Source: Azolla caroliniana (lineage: Eukaryota; Plantae; Polypodiophyta). From it: a DNA stretch of 64,000 bases. The notes beneath the pieces were generated by a model. The model saw nothing but the letters and a program-made list of their open reading frames with translations, did not search any database and had not been told where the DNA came from. Of this stretch, positions 60,309 to 64,000 are shown piece after piece (the first letter of the stretch is position 1; the number at the start of each line of letters is the position of its first letter). A program made the position numbers and the translations under genes. The stretch is taken from the NCBI GenBank assembly GCA_043228905.1, contig JBHGNT010000020.1:6510001-6574000 (forward strand), written 5' to 3'.

Positions 60309-63145
60309 TGTCACATTCTAGACTCAAACCTCTAACTTTTAACACACATAGTACATTGTGTTTTGTTAACCATATGGAAACTCTTCTGAATTGTCTACAT
60401 GGATTGTAAACTTGCATATGTTGTAGAGTCTAGTGTATAGTACATTCGAGAATATTCTAGTTGTTAGTATATTCTAGAATTATTCTACGGTATATTCTAA
60501 ATGGGTATATTCTCGAGATATTTCTCGAGTATATTCTAGAGATATTCAATCTCGGAAATTGTATAAATACTTGTAACATCCTTGGTCCATTTCAAGGGAT
60601 TCAACACCAGTCATTGACACATCAATCTAATATTCTCGTTTCGCCCCGTCTTGTCTCCTTGATCTTTATGTCTATCTTCATGCTCTTGTGTCATTCCTAG
60701 CTTCTCAAGTTCCACGCTCTTAGCCCCATCATCCGTGCTCTGTCTAAGTCTGCACTTGGTGTGTCCCATCATTCATGGTCCATTTGAGTCCACGCTTGGT
60801 GTGTCCATGACAGTTTGAATCCCTTCCAACTGGGAGCACCACCCGTCTTCATCATCGCTTTTGCTTCTAGAGTTACCATCATCACCATCCTTGCTTCATG
60901 AGTTACTGTCATCAACATACTTGTTATCATTTTCAACACCTCTTCGCCCAACCATCGTCATCATCAACACTATTTGTCATCATTTTTAGGTATCATTTTG
61001 CATCACGGTTTTGGTGAGGAGTTCTTTCGATCACTCACCTTCCCAGTTCCGGTGGGGGTCACAACTGCTCACTTTCTTGGTGGGGATCGGATCATTGCTT
61101 GCTTGCACTGCATTTTCGTTATAGTTCAAGTCTCACGCCACTTTCTGTTGGTGAGGACCGATTTCGATCACTCACCTTTTAGTTTCGGTGAGGGTCACAA
61201 CCACTCACTTTCTTGGTGGGGATCGCGTGGGTTTCTTGCTAGCGCTACCATTTGTGTCGTGTCTTGTGTCAAAACCTCAATTATTTAGCCTCTCATAGTA
61301 GAAGAAGTCGAGTTGACTGCCTCACTTGCACTCCTTCACCCGTTGTTGTTCTAGTTCTCGGTGAGGGCTACATGGTTGCTCACGTCCATTTGTTTTCCAG
61401 TTCTCGATGAGGACCGCATGGTTGCTCACGTTCGTGTTCAGTTTTCGGTGAGGGCCGCATGGTCGCTCGTGTTCGTTCATGTTCAGTTCTCAGTGAGGGG
61501 CCGCATGGTCGCTCACACGCTTGTTCATGTTTAGTTCTCGATGATGGCCACGTGGTTGCTCACATATGTTCGTGTTCAGTTCTCGGTGAGGGTCGCATGG
61601 TCTCTCATGTCCGTTCATGTTCGTGTTTAGTTCTCGGTGATGTCCACATGGTCTCTCACGTCCGTTTGTGTTCAGTTCTCGGTGATGTCCACATGGTCGC
61701 TCACGTCCGTTCGTGTTCAGTTCTCGGTGATGGCCACATGGTTGCTAACGTCCGTTCGTGTTCCAGATCTTGGTGAGGGCCACATGGTCGCTCACGTCCG
61801 TTTGTGTTCAGTTCTCGGTGAGGCCCGCATGGTCACTCACGTTTGTTTGTGTTCCAGTTCTCAGTGGGGGCGGCATGGTCACTCACGCTCGTTCGTGTTT
61901 TAAATGAGGACCACACATGGTTGCTCACATCCGTTCGAGTTCCAGTTCTTGGTGAGGGATGCATGGTCCCTCATGCCCGTTCGTGTTCAGTTCTCGGTGA
62001 GGGCCGCATGGTTGCGCAAGTCCATTTGTGTTCCAGCTGTCGATGAGGGCCGCATGGTCACTCATGCTCGTTGGTGTTCGTGTTCCCTGTGAGGACTGCA
62101 CATGGTCACTCACACCCATTGGTATTCGTGTTCCAATCTCCGGTGAGGATTGCACATGGTCGCTCACACCCATTGGTGGTCGTGTTCCAACTCTCGGTGA
62201 GGCCCGACATGGTCTACATGCCCGTTAGTGTTCGTGTCCTCTGTTAGCACCACACATGATCACTCATGCCCGTTGGTATTCGTGTTCCAGATCCCGATGA
62301 GGACCGGCATGGTCACTCATGCATGCTGTTGTTCGTGTTCCAATTCCCGGTGAGGACCACACATGGTCGCTCATGCCCGTTGATGTTCGTGTTCCAACTC
62401 TCGGCGAGGACCGACATGGTCTCTCATGCCCGTTAGTGTTCGTGTTCCCTGTGAGGACCGCACATGGTCAGTCACGCCCGTTGGTATTCATGTTCCAGTC
62501 CTGGGCGAGGACTGCACATGGTTGCTCATGCATGTTGGTGTTCAATACCTCGTGTCGTGGAAGGGTTACTCCTTGTCTAGGATTTTGAAATTACTTTGGA
62601 GGTGTTATAATATTTTCATCAACAATATCCCCTTAAGCCAACAACCGGTTTGGGAAGGCGGCATAAGAGGGGGGATAATGTCACATTCTAGACTCAAACC
62701 TCTAACTTTTAACACACACAGTACATTGTGTTCTGTTAACCATATGGAAACTCTTGTGAATTGTCCACATGCATTGTAAACTTGCATATATTGTATAGTC
62801 TAGTGTATAGTACATTCGAGAATATTCTATTCGTTAGTATATTCTAGAATTATTCTATGGTATATTCTAAACGGGTATATTCTCGAGATATTTCTCAAGT
62901 ATATTCTAGAGATATTCAATCTCGGAAATTGTATAAATACTTGTAACATCCTTGGTCCCTTTCAAGGGATTCAATACCAATCATTGACACATCAATCTAA
63001 TATTCTTGTTCCATTCCATCTTGTCTCGATCTTCATTTTTGTCTTCATGCTCTCATCTTCTTCATTTCATATCGGTCGTAGCCTCGTCACTCATAGTCTC
63101 ATCATCCGTGTTTCTTATTAGTCCGTGGTTGGTGTGTCCATGACA
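60309..63145 (+). mobile_element. Non-autonomous LTR element G derived from a Tcn1-like chromovirus
   Basis: LTRs 60309-60812 and 62679-63145 (TGTCA...TGACA). TSD ATCGG. PPT aagaggggggataa. Chromodomain remnants VQYLVSWKGY (62540-62569) and FHQQYPLKP (62614-62640). No gag or pol. Confidence 0.9.
61354..62540. repeat. Tandem array of ~45-52-bp units (about 25 copies) inside element G
   Basis: Consensus gttctcggtgagggccgcatggtcgctcacgtccgttcgtgttca. Confidence 0.93.
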
Positions 63146-63723
63146 ATCGGCCACGTCAACTATTAGAGGCTTCAAGACCTGTAATCGAAATAGGTTGTTT
63201 TCGGATTGCCGAAATTCAGTGGCCGGAAGGCCCAAATATGTGAAGCCTGCCAACTTGGGAAGCAACACTAGCTTCCATTCCCCACCGAAACAAACCGGAG
63301 CCGTAACAAGCTCGACTTAATCCATTCAGATGTATGGGGACCGGAACAGAATGTTAGTCTTGGCAGGAGTCGATATTTCGTCTCCTTCATCGACAACTAC
63401 AGCCGGCACACATGGATCTACCTGATCGAAAAGAAATGCGAAGTTTTTGATTGTTTCCGGAACTTGCAAACTCTAGTTGAACCGAAAACGGAAAGGAAGA
63501 ACAAGTGCCTGCGGTCGGATGGCGAAAAAGAATATTTTTGCAGCCAATTCAATAGTTATTTGCAGCATAAAGGAATTCAAAGAGAATTCAACTGTTCATA
63601 CACACCAGAACAAAACGGTGTAGCCGAAAGGAAGAACCGTTCGATTGTCGATGTGGCAAGAGAAATGCTGGAGCAAAAGAGCATGCCCAAGTTCTACTAG
63701 GCTGAGGCAGTCTGGACAATCGT

Positions 63724-64000
63724 TGTTGGCCAGCAAGGCAAAAGGGCCGGTTAGAGTCCAGAATGTAAAAGGGGTATTTAATTAGGAATAGGGAGTTGAA
63801 ACTAATAAGTGTTATGTTATTTTGAGAATTAATAAGTATTATGTTATTTTGAGAATTAATAAGTATTATGTTATTTTGAGAATTAATAAGTATTATGTTA
63901 TTTTGAGAAGCAGACGGACGGACCCAGAATCGGTATGCCAATTCGGATCCGGACCGGATCATTGTCGGTTGCCGGTTGACCCCAGTTTGTAACTCAGTCA
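63724..64000. mobile_element. Start of another LTR (H) inserted in the Copia B integrase, containing 27-bp tandem repeats
   Basis: Integrase B stops abruptly at tgttggcc. aataagtattatgttattttgagaatt x~4 at 63804-63907. Runs off the window. Confidence 0.7.

Larger units (their letters stand above)
39341..63723 (+). mobile_element. Ty1/Copia element B (decayed), split into four pieces by nested insertions
   Basis: 5' LTR 39341-39721, Met PBS at 39722. Pieces 39341-40161, 45925-46407, 59709-60308 and 63151-63723 join into gag-PR-INT (RQEL|NNIRQ; EC*K|KGAD; RIG|HVNY). Confidence 0.9.

Noticed and set aside
61354-62540. Possible CRISPR array
   Set aside because: The linkers are themselves repeated rather than unique spacers, there are no cas genes, and the context is a eukaryotic LTR element

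Overview
Plant nuclear DNA, probably from a seed-free land plant such as a fern (inferred from the TE lineages). There are two host genes. One is an intronless VQ-motif gene (1041-2195, +) with a VH motif variant and internal repeats. The other is a 13-exon WD40 gene of the AAMP/SQT1 type (11130-20925, -; 402 aa when spliced by hand), with a Copia element in intron 6 and a LINE in a probable 5'UTR intron. From about 25 kb to the end the window is a retrotransposon nest that can be resolved by LTR termini and TSDs, up to six levels deep. The two most notable elements are (i) an intact, GC-rich Ty3/Gypsy element (49467-56634) with apparently identical LTRs, a tRNA-Trp PBS, a 4-bp TSD, protease fused to Gag and a -1 frameshift signal before RT, and (ii) a non-coding chromovirus-derived LTR element (60309-63145) with a Tf1-like self-priming site, heat-shock-element motifs and an array of about 25 hairpin repeats. 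All coordinates were read by eye and no database searches were run.
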